Assembly: GCF_006345805.1 (NCBI RefSeq)
Contig: NC_042998.1
Location: forward strand, 2,852,001 to 2,916,000
DNA: 64,000 nt
Direction of reading: 5' to 3'
Origin: Octopus sinensis
Taxonomy: Eukaryota
How positions within the stretch are numbered: position 1 is the stretch's first letter; every line of letters begins with the position of its first letter. The notes below the pieces were generated by a model, which was not told the origin of the DNA, searched no databases, and worked only from the letters and a program-made list of their open reading frames with translations. Shown here piece after piece: positions 40,180-52,060 of this stretch. Both the position numbers and the translations under genes were made by a program.

Positions 40180-41454
40180 TATTATATATATATATAAACC
40201 ATACAATCCCTCAAATGCATACACATTTCAAAAACAAGAGATCTTTAAGGGTCAGCAGACTTTATCACTAATTCCGGTATGGTAGAAGTTATGAGAAGCT
40301 AAGAGACTCCCATTGAATCAGTATTGTGAAAGTAAACAGTGGTAAAACAATGCACTAAGTATTTTACTGGTTTCAACCAGTTACAACCAAACTGGATTAT
40401 CACCATGGCATATCTCTGGTTTATAACTAGTAAAATCTATCCCATGCCTTTTACAGTTATTTATCATTTCAAATTTTCAGATAAACGAGGAAGAAAATGT
40501 TTAAGGGAAATCTAGGAATATAAGGTATCACCACAAAGTAAATTGCACAAAGATTACTTTTTCAATCTGCAATCAATATATACATTAACTCCTGAAAAGC
40601 CACACCTCTCCTCTCTTTCTATCTATCTCTACTCTAATCTAATTCATCTATCTATCTCTCTTTCTCGCTAATTCTTTCACTGTCTCATGCATACACACAC
40701 ACCTGTACACAGACATGCTTAAATAGACATTTAAAAATTCCCAGATATACTAAATAAAGGTAGCGAGATAATTAAACATCATCACCACTGCCATTTCTAT
40801 GCAATTAATATGAAACCTTTGAAACTTTATAATACTTTTGTATCTATTATAAACTATTTACTCTAAAGATTGAATTCTGTTTATAAAGATCTTGGGCAAT
40901 ATATCAAATAATAGCTTGCTCTTAATTTGCATAAAACAAAATCAGTGATTTAGTAGCTTTGATTGGCTAGTTTTGTTCTACACATAACAAACAGCAGGAT
41001 ACTGAACTTACTCTTCCATTCCTAGTTCGCAAAAAGGAACAATAACAAGATAAATAATCAGTAAGTTGGTAGGTAGTCAGAAAAGAAGACTGCACAATGA
41101 TTAACTTTCTTAAGGAAAACTGATATTTAACGGCAGATGACGGAGGGGGGGGGGGCTGTGAGGGCATAGACAAAAAACAATAAAGCAAAATATTTTCTGA
41201 AGAAAAAGACAAACAGAAACGCAATATAACAATAGTTCTAAAGCTACCCTGAAAGATTTGAAGAGAAGAAAATCATTGTTTCTTGAAAAGCTTTAAGGAT
41301 TTCTAATAGAGAAAAGCTAAATAGATTTGCCAACAGTGAATGTTCATTTTTTTTTGTTTTTACAAGGTAGACATACATAATTAATGTATAATTTATGTTA
41401 TAATTATAACAAAGCTATTGAATATATTGTAATGAACCATATTGTCATTCTTAC

Positions 41455-41550
41455 CAAGATGTATGACATCTTCCTGATCACATTCAATATCCAGTTGTTC
41501 TTCTTTTGCAATATCAATTTCAATTGATTTTAGAAGTTCCATATCGCCAC
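41455..41550 (-). CDS. Internal coding exon, 96 nt, phase 1-1 (GDMELLKSIEIDIAKEEQLDIECDQEDVIHL), same gene
   Basis: Seen: acceptor TTCCTTCTAG at 41551, donor GTAAG at 41454, open acidic frame. It joins the giant exon in frame (G|GT = Gly). Confidence 0.8.
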
Positions 41551-41659
41551 CTAGAAGGAATTAAACAGAAACAAAACAAGTTGACACAAAACTGTAAAAG
41601 AGTGATTTGGAAACTTGAAACCTTAATAATTTAGCAGAATCAATAAAATTATATTACAA

Positions 41660-42045
41660 TTTATATATATAAAGCTGAAGTTGTCTGTGTGTGGCAGGTT
41701 TGGTAGCCTTCAACTGACACTATCTCTTCCGAGACCCTGTGGTGCAAGTTGACCAAAATTGAGAACATGATAGAAGGCTTGCTCTTCATTCCGTAGAAGA
41801 TAAAATTAAAATTGGACCATGTCAAAACCAAAAATTATTTACATCAAAAAGGTGGGTTTTTTCTATGAAAATCCCAATTTTTATGAATTTTTGACTGCTG
41901 TGTTGCCATTTTTCGGTGTATTTCAACCAGAAAAATGTTCACTTAAAGAGAATAACAAGCTACATAATGCAAAATTTTTACTTTTCAAAAATTCCAATTC
42001 TAAAGGGTCGAAACAAACCCGAGCAACGCTGGGCGATACTACTAG
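41660..42045 (+). mobile_element. Non-autonomous Helitron (about 386 bp), close paralog of 39783-40179
   Basis: Seen: alignable along its whole length with the 39783 copy; ends CCCGAGCAACGCTGGGCGATACTACTAG|T. Confidence 0.8.
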
Positions 42046-42110
42046 TATATAATAAGATCCAATCTACACAAGCATTTATCTCAGCTTGCTAATCACCTTG
42101 AAGTAGCCAT

Positions 42111-42230
42111 GGTAGTCAGAAAATTATTGTAAATATGAAGTGATGGCTTAGGCTATCCAAGTAATAGGTGGGTAGTCAGAAAATTATTGTAAATATGAAG
42201 TGATGGCTTAGGCTATCCAAGTAATAGGTG
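42111..42230. repeat. Perfect 60-bp tandem duplication
   Basis: Seen: 42111-42170 is identical to 42171-42230. Confidence 0.95.
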
Positions 42231-42424
42231 AACAGTTAAAATGTAAATGGACTTTTTATTTTGTATGATGCAGACTTGGTTGTGTGGTAAGAAGTTTGCT
42301 TCCCAACCAAATGGTTTCAGGTTCAGGCCCACAGTATGGTACTTTGGGAAAGTGTCTTCTACTATAGCACCAAGCTAACCAAAGCTTGGCACTTAGGTTA
42401 AAGGATCATTGACAGCAGAAATGC

Positions 42425-43030
42425 TCACACTACTGCCAGAAAGATGGCCTTCATTAAAGAGGTAAAGTGGCCAAGAAAAGACCCAAGAATAGCACTTGAA
42501 TTATTTTCCACAGTACATGACCGGGGAATGGAAGCTGATCTGGAGAAGTAGCAAAAATTTCCATTACAGACCTTATTGAAACCAGATGGGATTTTAGTTT
42601 CTAAGACAACAGGACAACTAATTTTATTGGAGTCAACTGAACCCTGGGAGTAGAGGATGGAGGGGTACAAAAGAGGAAGAGAGCTAAGTATTAGGTGTTG
42701 ATGAAGAGAACTGTTACAAAAGTGGGTGGGAGAGCAGGTACTTGCCAATGTGAGCAGTTGAGGCTTTGCAGGTTGTTCTTTGAATAAAGCCTAGAGAACC
42801 TGGGCATTAGAAGAACAATCAGAAGAAGAGTTCTGAGGCTTCTGAGAAACCAACTTGATGGGTCTGCTTGAAAAGAGGTCATCTGTAGTGGATCAGTAGA
42901 ATGCTACTTGGATACAAGCCTAAGGTTGATCAATATAGGTTAGGTCACCCAGATATGTTGTAAGACCTGAAACAGTGACTCCAGGATACAAGACTGAAAA
43001 TCTGCCCAACTATTGCACCTGTAAATGTAT
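42425..43030 (+). mobile_element. 3' remnant of a restriction-like-endonuclease non-LTR element (Hero/NeSL-like)
   Basis: Seen: broken LKPDGILVSKTTGQLILLESTEPWE and EASEKPT.WVCLKR. These resemble RPD...ELTVPWE and A.EKASRWLWLKR (established RLE motifs). Confidence 0.6.
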
Positions 43031-44499
43031 GAATAACAATGGAACAGGTGGGCTAAATCGGCGGTATACTCAAATATATACCAAAGCATTTTAAAATGGC
43101 AAAACCTCAGATACAAAATTTTATGTAACCTTTTCAATGTCATACTTTCAAATTAAATAGTAATTACTCTAATTTTATATATATGAGTTAATTAAGCAAG
43201 CAAAGTGAGAAGGATCTTACATAAATGATTTCTGGAACTCATTAAATGCAACGGAAATTTATATAAGGAATTTATACAAAAAAATTCAATGGAGCTGTAC
43301 TTGGTTTATTTCTCTTATTTCCAACTAAAAAAACAATTCCCCATTCGTGACTATGTAGGCTCTTTCCTTTCAGGACGTATGGAAATTCAATATTTCCTTG
43401 TATTACATTAATAAAAACAATACATTCAAATGTGAGCAACCCTTTATAACATGCAACTGTAATTGAACAGTGCTTTATTGACTGACCATAACACATGTAA
43501 CCTGAGCTGTACGTGTTTTCTCTTATTGTAAAGTCAACAATAATGGTTTGATAGTTCAAACAATGTATAATCTATTGCACAACCCTTATAACAACAAAAT
43601 GAAGCTTTGTACATTGAACCTAGTAGAATATTACCATGTAGACTAGGTTTTAATCCCTGAAATCTCTTGTCAGAAATATAAGGCTTAAACATGCAGTGTT
43701 TGTGATTGACCAAGATCATCATCATAGTTACTGCTGTCATCATCGTCATTGTCATCGTCATCATTTAATGTCCATTCTTCAACACTTGCATGGATTAGGC
43801 AGAATTTGTTGAGGTAGATTATTTTCTATAGCCAGATGCTTTTCTTGTCAACAACACTCACCTGTTTCCAAGTAAGGTATTATTTTCCCATGGTCATGTT
43901 TTTTATGGAAGACTGGAAATAAACAACCCTTACTTGCATGGTGATGATGATGCTCACAACCATCATCTAATGTCTAGACAAGGGTATGCATAAACAGTGA
44001 CACAAATACACGTGCACACACATGTATATACAATGGGCTTCTTTCATTTTCCATCTACGTAATCCACCCACAAAAGTTTTGGTCAGCCCAGGGCTATAAT
44101 AGAAGACACTTGCCCAAGTTACCACCCAGTGGGACTGAACCCAAGACCACATGATTGGGAAGCAAGCTTCTTAACCACACAACCATGCCTGTGCTTAAGC
44201 AGATATCCATATAAAACAGTGGTTCTTATATATCCATATAAAACAGTGGCAGCCCCATACCGGGAGGGGTGAGCACTGTGAGCTCAAAAGGAGGTAGCAA
44301 ATGTGAAGAGGGTACTATGGGGTCTTGGGTGTTTAGAAAGGTTATGATTTTTCTTAGGAATAAAATATCTAAATGAAGTACAAAACTTGTATTTCAAACA
44401 CATTTTCAAAAACCTTTTTGTGACACAAAATATGATTAGGACATGGTGTTATCACTGAGCATAACTGATGATGTTCCAAGATGCAATATACTTTCATTA

Positions 44500-46075
44500 T
44501 TTAAATTGAAGCTTTTGACGTAAAAGAGGAGGATACAGCATCACATAATGTGGAGGACAACTGGAGGTTCCTATGGGACAACCTGTTGGGGGGTTACTGA
44601 CCAGATCAATGGCTGGTGCTAAGTCCCCTCTCAACCTGAGGTGACAACTGGTGGAACAATTTTTATGGAAAAGTAACAGGCATGGAAGGATTGAAAGTGT
44701 GGTGGTAGCAGGGAACTGTATCAGATAACCAGAAGGGAAGCTAGGAGACAGGTTTACTTCGCCAGAGGGGAAGCAGATAGGAAAGAAATTTGCCAATGCT
44801 CTGTGTCATGAGGACCAAAGATTTGAAGAGTTTCAAATTGCAAGACTTTGTGTGAGAGAAAATTGTGGTCATAGGAGAGAAATGTGTCCACATGGATGAT
44901 GGTTCACTTACATTTAGTAAGGCTGCAAAGAGAGAGACTTGGAGACACCACTATGAAAGGTTGCTAAATTAAGAGAATGGATGGGAGAAAGAGAGTCTGC
45001 CTCTTGTCGACCCAACAGAGGGACCAGCTATCTGAATTGACAGTACCTTGGTACATAAAGCAATTGAGGATATGAAGACAGGGAAAGCTCCCTCCCATCA
45101 GGAATAACCGCTGAGATGCTTAAAATATCTGGTGGTGTAGGTAGGCTAAAGTCTAGTCCCCTGTATAGTTAACCACATGATACACAAAGGAGTCATACCC
45201 AATGACTGGTGTAGCAGCACCATAGTCAGAGGTAAAGGTGACACCTTAGATAGAAATAATTACAGAGGTATCAAATTTTTGGATCAGGTGATGAAAATCA
45301 TGAAGAGGGTCATAAGCCAAGTAATTAAGGGGAGCATTAGTGTAGATGAGATGCAGTTCGGGTTTGTGCCAGGGAGAAGCACCACCAATGTGATATTTCT
45401 GGTAAGACAGCTGCAGGAGAAATTCCTAGCCAAAGGTCAACTTCTGTAGTTGGCTCTTGTTGACTTGGAGAAACCCTTTGACAGGGCCCTCCAATCCCTT
45501 ATCTGGTGATCAATGCAGAAACTAGGGATAGATGAGTGGTTGGTGAGAGCTGTACAAGCCATGTACAGGGATACTGTCAGTAAGGTGAGGGTTGGCAACA
45601 AGTATAGTGAAGAATTCTGGGTAGGGGTAAGGGTCCACCAAGGATCAGTCCTCAGCCCCCTCTTGTTCATCATAGTCCTCCAGGCAATAACAGAGGAATT
45701 CAAGACAGGCTGCCCCTGAGAGCTCCTCTATACTGATGATCTTACTCTAATAGCTGAGTCACTACCAGAACTAAAGACGTTTCAGATGTGGGAGTAAGGT
45801 CTAGAATCGAAGGACCTTAGAGTTAATCAAACAAAAACCAAAGTCTTAGTATGTAGGAAGGCAGACAAATCACAATTCCCTTCAGGAAAATGGCTCTGCT
45901 TGATCTATAGAAAAGGCAAAAGTAGAAACTCCATAACATGATCCCAGTGTAAGCTATGGACACATAAGAGGTGCAGCAATATTAAAGAAAAGTTAACTGG
46001 GAAGATAGTTTTTGTGGGTGGAACTATCCATCCCATGGCAGCATAGAAAGCAGGCATTAAACAATGACAATGATG
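44500..46075 (+). mobile_element. Decayed RTE-clade LINE (linker plus RT)
   Basis: Seen: HYERLLN, NYRGIKFLDQVMK, DEMQFGFVPGRSTT, DLEKPFDR, HQGSVLSPLLF and LLYTDD across ORFs 45177..45449 and 45513..45719. Multiple stops; (GAT)-type tail near 46070. Confidence 0.88.
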
Positions 46076-47274
46076 ATGTCTTCTTTAGTAATGCCCATAA
46101 AAGTTTAACAGGGGGCTTAGTAGTTCATACAAACATCTAAAATGAAGCAAATATTGTTTGGGATAGACTGAAAAAATGTGGATAATAAACCACTCCACAA
46201 AATCAGCTTCTGTTTCATTAACTCTTTTGATACCACTCTGACCATGACCAGGCCTGGTTCTTTGATAGAAATCTCCCATTTTAAAATGATCTAAATTAAA
46301 ATATTCCATTAAAATTCCATATCAATTTATTCCAATCATCATCATCATCGTTTAACATCCGTTTTCCATGCTGGCATGGGTTGAACGGTTCGATCAGGGT
46401 CTGGGAAGTCAGGAGGCTGCACCAGGCTCCAGTCTGATCAGGCAGTGTTTCTACAGCAGGATGCCCTTCCTAACGTCAACCACTTCCTGAGTGTAGTGGG
46501 TGCTTTTTACGTGCCATTGGCACAGGGGCCAGAGGAGGCTGGCAACATCCACAATCGGTTGGTACTTTTAATGTGCCACCGACTAGCTGAATAATGGCAA
46601 AGGTATTATAAACTAAATACCGACCCTTTCTAATGAATCACAGGCACTCATTTTGTTGATCCCAGAAGAAATACGAACACAGCTTGATTGAATGGGTAAG
46701 AAGTTCACTTTATAATCATCAGATCTGTGGTTCAATCCCACTGCCTGGCATCCAGGACAAGAAGCATTTATCAAAGCCTCAGGAATTAAAATGAGTAGAC
46801 AGAAACTATGCAGAAGCCTGTCAAATGGATGGTACCTGTAATTTAACCATTTTTATACCAACCTGTCTGAAACCATTTTAAGTGATGCCCTAGCATGGCC
46901 ACAGTCAAAAGACTGAAACAAGTAAAAGATAAATGATGAAAGATCTCATTAGAATTCCAAGTATCTTAGAGAGTAATGCATGCAATAATAGTTATATTTT
47001 AGATACTGAAAGAACCACGGCTGAGACTAATGTCAATGTGACCACGGTTAAGAATATGAATAGCAGAAGTGATTTCAGAGGAAAATTAACTGAAGAATCA
47101 TTATGAAGGACAGAGTTAGTTGGGAAGGACAGAAAGTGTTGTGATATACAAGTAAGTTTTATAATGATGGTGAGGATGATGGGTAATAATCACCACTGCC
47201 ATGGTAACAATGGGAATGAAGAGAGGAGGAGGAGGAGAAAGAAAGAGAAAAAAACTAGTTAAAGCTTGTAAAAC

Positions 47275-47557
47275 TAAAGTATATTAGAAATAATAAAAGA
47301 AAATAAGACAAGAATGAAAGAAAGAACAAAAGAAAAACAAGAAAGGAAGAAGAATAGAAAGAATAAAAGAATAAAAATAAAGAAAGGAAAAGGAAAGAAA
47401 GAGAGAAAGAAAGAAAGAAAGAAAGAAAGAAAGGAAGAACAAAAGAAAAACAATAAAAATAGAAAAAATGGCAAGAAAGAAAAAGGAAAGAGAGAAAGAC
47501 AGAAAGACAGAAACAAAGAAAGAAGGAAGGGAAGAAAGAAAGAAAAAAAGAAAGAAA

Positions 47558-47609
<52 letters not shown>

Positions 47610-47650
47610 AAACAAGGTTATAAAATCCAATGCTGACAAGAAGGGAAAAA
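47275..47650. repeat. Purine-only-like (GAAA)n/AG-rich tract
   Basis: Seen: about 370 bp that is almost all A/G on the plus strand. Confidence 0.9.
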
Positions 47651-47869
47651 AAATTACATGAAATATTTTGGAAGCATTTATAGAAAGTGAAAATATATCT
47701 CACCAATATTTCTTTGCTTCTAGATCTTGTGTGGCATTAACTTAATTTTAAGTAAGAATGTATTTATATACTTGACCTTTATCTAAAATATAATTTGTGA
47801 GATAACCCACCTGCCCCCCTACCCACCCCCTCGAAGAAACGCACAAGTCTGACAATTGAAATGCCAGGA

Positions 47870-48500
47870 TATATTAACTTTGTTGGGTTGCATCGAGATT
47901 TGGTGCCACCAGAAACACTCGATTGGCTAATGTATCACTTACCCAAACGGTTTCTATATCAGCTGATATCTGGATATATATAAATCCATTTGATTGTGTA
48001 CCTCAGCTGCTAAGGACAAGGAAGCCATTTTTGATTGGTGACAACATCAATTTCTTCATGATGGCATCAAGGTAAAGATATTTTCATCAAAATAGATCTG
48101 AACTTAGAGTTCAGAAATGTTTCAGCTATCTTTAGATTTGTTTACATTAAAGTATGTGTGTGTGTATTTACACATACAGGTGAGTACGTAGGTGCAAAAC
48201 AAGGTGGTAAAAGTAGTACTCGAATACCAAAGGCAGAGCAATTTCCTTTTACTAAAGCTGGAAAGCAAAATCATCACAAGACTCGGAGTTTCATGTTCCA
48301 GTTCATTAGACAATTGTGATGAAAATGGTTGCCATGTAAACAACGTAATTTTTCACATGTGATATAGTAGTGTGGCAAAATTTGACTTGTGCAGATTAAT
48401 TTCCATTAAGTTCTTTATCGTGTATCAAAATTGCATGCATTTATTTGTAAAGTTAAGGAAGTTATTAAAAATTGAAACCCATCAGTGACTTTTGGGACAC

Positions 48501-48502
<2 letters not shown>
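47870..48502 (-). mobile_element. Probable Tc1-like DNA transposon 5' remnant
   Basis: Seen: terminus CAGTGTCCCAAAAGTC on the minus strand and weak FDENIFT / ETVW translations resembling Tc1 FSDE..F / VMVW motifs. The family call is inference. Confidence 0.35.
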
Positions 48503-48591
<89 letters not shown>

Positions 48592-48927
48592 GCAGGCAAA
48601 TCCCAGCTGCATGGTTTTGGGTTCAGATTATAATCTTCCCTGAAAACACGTCCAGCCATGTATTACCTCACTTGGAAACGAGTGAGGGTTGACAACAGGA
48701 AGAGCACCCAGCCTGAAAAGATGTGCCTCAATGAATTCCATGCAATCCATGCAAGAATGGAAAATAGGCATTGAAATGATGATGATGATGATGATGATGA
48801 ATCAACTAAAATACATGCCACAAACTAAAGATTATACACCAAGACTAAAATGCGTATAAAACAGGTGTTAATTATAAAGTATGTTGACGAGTTTGGAAAT
48901 AGACATTATGTAAAGTTGTCAACTTAC

Positions 48928-49049
48928 GGACAGTGTCTTCGTGTACATTAGTAGTTGCTATGGAAATTGCTCCGTTTCTGTTTCTGTGAACAACAACACC
49001 ATCGCGCTCAAATTTCATACTCTCAGACTTCATCAAAGTCCTGGTATTT
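48928..49049 (-). CDS. Internal coding exon, 122 nt, phase 2-1 (NTRTLMKSESMKFERDGVVVHRNRNGAISIATTNVHEDTV), same gene
   Basis: Seen: acceptor TTTTTGTCTAG at 49050, donor GTAAGT at 48927. Only one frame is open, and it joins the 96-nt exon in frame (C|GT = Arg). Confidence 0.72.
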
Positions 49050-49096
49050 CTAGACAAAAATAGATAACAACAATAATAATAATAATAATAATAATA

Positions 49097-49127
<31 letters not shown>

Positions 49128-49327
49128 TGTATTTTAATTTAACTTTAAAAAAAAAAAAAAAAAAAAATGAACGAACTACTGAGTTTGGTTTAATGGCCTA
49201 CCAATGTATACTATGAGTTTCTTTGCCCTAGGAGTCGGGAAGACACCCGGCAAGAAATGGAAGCAAATTTGAAAGAAGAAAAAAAAAAGTAATAATAATA
49301 ATAATAATAATAATAATACAATAATAA

Positions 49328-50868
49328 TTAATTCTTTTATTGGCCACAAGGGCTGACAAAAATCAATTATCACATAAAGGGACAAAACAGGACGAAGGGT
49401 TACAAAAGGTTTTGTCCGTTTGTGAAAAATCTGAGTAAAAACAGTTTAACAACGAAAGATTATAACAAAGAAAATCTCCAAAAGGGGGAGGCGTTACGAA
49501 AGGTTCCTGGTGAAAAAAACCCATAAAAGCCAACGGGAGCCTGGTCAAAAAAAGGTGGGTAGAGAGCCCCTTTCTCCTTTTATATTACCTTTTTTAATCA
49601 CAGGTGTAATCTCAGAATGGCTCCCTTCATACTGGCCATTCTTGCGACATTTATCCACCTTTCATTAAACTTGCTATCGGACAGCACTTCCCTCTCTACT
49701 CTCATCTTCCTTTTCAAGTGAAACTTGAAAAAGTTGATGAGGCCTGGGCCAAAGAGGAAAGTGTCTGACCTTAGCCCTTTCAAACGGGTCCACCATACCA
49801 CCTCTTTCGCTATAGCCACTAGGCAAAGAAAAACTGTCTTGCCCTCCCGGTTAAAGGAGGTCGGCAGGGGAATATTCACTATGGATTCGGCTGATAGCCG
49901 GATCCATCCTATACGCGACAGTAGCTGTTCAACATAAACCCATAGTTCAGCAATACTCGGACACTGGACGAGTGCATGCAGAACAGTTTCGTCGTCCTGA
50001 CAGCACCTCGGGCAGGTCCGGCTGACGGCACTTCCGTGCCGGTAGAGTTTATCTCGAACAGGCAGAGCCCCTCGGTAACACTGCCAGGCGAGGGACCTCT
50101 GGAAATTATCCATTGGCCCCGGCCCGAAAGTCCTTCCGAACAGACTGCTCAGCTCATTATCGTCAACGCCTAGAGTTTCCCCGAGAACGTCGTCGCACTT
50201 TTCTTCGACTAACCCTCTGTAGAACGCTAGAGTGGAACTACTACCGATCGCATTGCCTGCTTGGCGGAGGGCAGAGAGAGCTTGACGGCACTTAAGGTGC
50301 AATGCGCCCTTTCTCAGTCTACGTTTGAGCCAGGTCTGCAGCTCTGTCAAAGAGACGAGCTGCGGAAAGTCACGCCTGACAAAAGACGACCACACCTGTT
50401 CACCATCTAGGAAACGCTTGAGATGCCGTAGCCTGAGCGCCTGTCTATGCATCAGTAACCATGGCATGCCAAGGCCTCCGTTCAGCGGTCGTTGACAGCA
50501 GATGGATTGCCTGACCAGTGGTATCTGACCCTTCCACAAAAAGTCGAAGAGCCAGCTTACCAGCTTGGCCAACCAGCGGTTGGGACAAAGGACGATGGTC
50601 AAGCGGTAATAGATGACGGATGCGATGTATGCATTGCCACCTCCGCTCGACCTTTCAGGGACAGATTCCTCTCGACCCATTTCTGGGTGAGATTGGCCAC
50701 CCTGCTCATCACTTCTTCCCAGTCTTTATCTACCTGGAGGTCTGGACCGAACCAGACCCCAAGCAGTTTAACGGGTCCATCTGTCCAGCGCCCTACGATG
50801 CTGTTGGACAGCATGGACTTGCCTCTCCAGGTGCCTAGTTGCAAGCCCACGGACTTTTCCGCATTAAT
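49328..50868 (-). mobile_element. 5'-truncated L1/Tx1-clade LINE (RT C-terminus, CCHC zinc knuckle, 3'UTR)
   Basis: Seen: ORFs 50599..50850 and 49598..50680 are joined by a 1-bp deletion near 50635 (GRAEVA-NAYIASVIYY). Motifs include VKLLGVWFG, LSLKGR, FLWKG, GGLGMP and CPRC-X8-H-X4-C. AATAAA lies just before the (TAT)n end. Confidence 0.88.
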
Positions 50869-50907
50869 ATAATAATAATAATAACGATAATAATGATAAT
50901 AATAATA

Positions 50908-51745
50908 ATCATCATCATCATCATTTAACGTCCGCTTTCCATGCTAGCATGGGTTGGACGATTCAACTGGGGTCTGGGGAGCCCGAAGGCTGCACCAGGC
51001 CAGTCAGATCTGGCAGTGTTTCTACAGCTGGATGCCCTTCCTAACGCCAACCACTCCGAGAGTGTAGTGGGTGATTTTATGTGCCACCGACACAGGTGTC
51101 AGACGAGGCTGGCGAACGGCCACGCTCGGATGGTGTTTTTTATGTGCCACCGACACAGGTGCCAGACGAGGCTGGCAGATGCCCACGCTCGGATGGTGTT
51201 TTTATGTGCCACCGACACAGGTGCCAGATGAGGCTGGCAAACGGCCACGATCGGATGGTGTTTGTTACGTGCCCACAGCACGGAGGCCAGTCGATGCGGT
51301 ACTGGCTACGGCCACGTTCGGATGGTTTTCTTGTGTGCCACCGGCACTGGTACCACAAAGATACAAATTCTATTGATGTTCATCTATTTTGATTTGTTTT
51401 GATTTTCACTTGCCTCAACAGGTCTTCACAAGTGTCACAAGAAGGAAGGTATGCACAGGTGGACTGACTACGTCCCAGGTAGGGGCCACGGGTTATGGTC
51501 TGACTAGTCTTGCCGGGTCTTCGGATGGTGTTTTTAATGTGCCACCGACATAGGTGCCAGATGAGGCTGGCAAATCGGCCACGATCGGATGGTGTTTGTT
51601 ACGTGCCCACAGCACGGAGGCCAGTCGATGCGGTACTGGCTACGGCCACGTTCGGATGGTTTTCTTGTGTGCCACCGGCACTGGTACCACAAAGATACAA
51701 ATTCCATTGATGTTCATCTATTTTGATTTGTTTTGATTTGTTTTG
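50908..51745 (-). mobile_element. Extended family B repeat with 61-bp internal subrepeats and a duplicated 217-bp block
   Basis: Seen: the subrepeat TCGGATGGTGTTTTTATGTGCCACCGACACAGGTGCCAGA.GAGGCTGGC... recurs, and block 51189-51405 is repeated at 51521-51739. Confidence 0.8.
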
Positions 51746-51769
51746 ATAATATTAATATTAATATTAATA

Positions 51770-52060
51770 AAGAGAAAGAAGAAAAAACTGAACAACTACA
51801 ATGATTTGAAGGTTGTGGTCAATGAGGAGAGTAGACGTGATACCAACAGTAATTGGCACACTTGGAAGTATCAGCACTCAACTAACAACGTGGATCAAAA
51901 AAGACTGGTGCAAATATAAAGGTAGAACACCTATGGAAATCAGCATTGCTTGGAACTGCAAGAATTCTTCACAGGGTCCACAAAACAAGTGCTTTTTAGT
52001 CTGCCTGCTGTGGACAGCTGACACTTTCCATCACGCCCAGAAAAATAAGCTGAGAGTTTT
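51770..52060 (+). mobile_element. R4/Dong-like LINE 3' fragment
   Basis: Seen: VDVIPTVIGTLGSI and HLWKSALLGTARILHRV-like translation, the C-terminal motif of RLE-type elements. Confidence 0.6.

Noticed and set aside
40967-41224. Phase-0 candidate exons (78 or 144 nt) ending at the GTAAGT at 41011
   Set aside because: They are open only in phase 0, whereas the flanking exons require phase 1; the phase-1 frame has a stop.
43272-43559. 95-aa minus ORF in unique sequence
   Set aside because: It has no convincing splice sites or motifs. A few ORFs of this length are expected by chance in six frames of 64 kb.
47943-48010. Strong GTAAGT donor with a short open frame (TQSNGFIYIQISADIETVW)
   Set aside because: The good upstream acceptors give stops, and the segment lies inside a probable Tc1-like remnant.
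51060-51300. Regularly spaced 61-bp repeats superficially like a CRISPR array
   Set aside because: There are no unique spacers, the context is eukaryotic, there are no cas genes, and the units are SINE-internal subrepeats.
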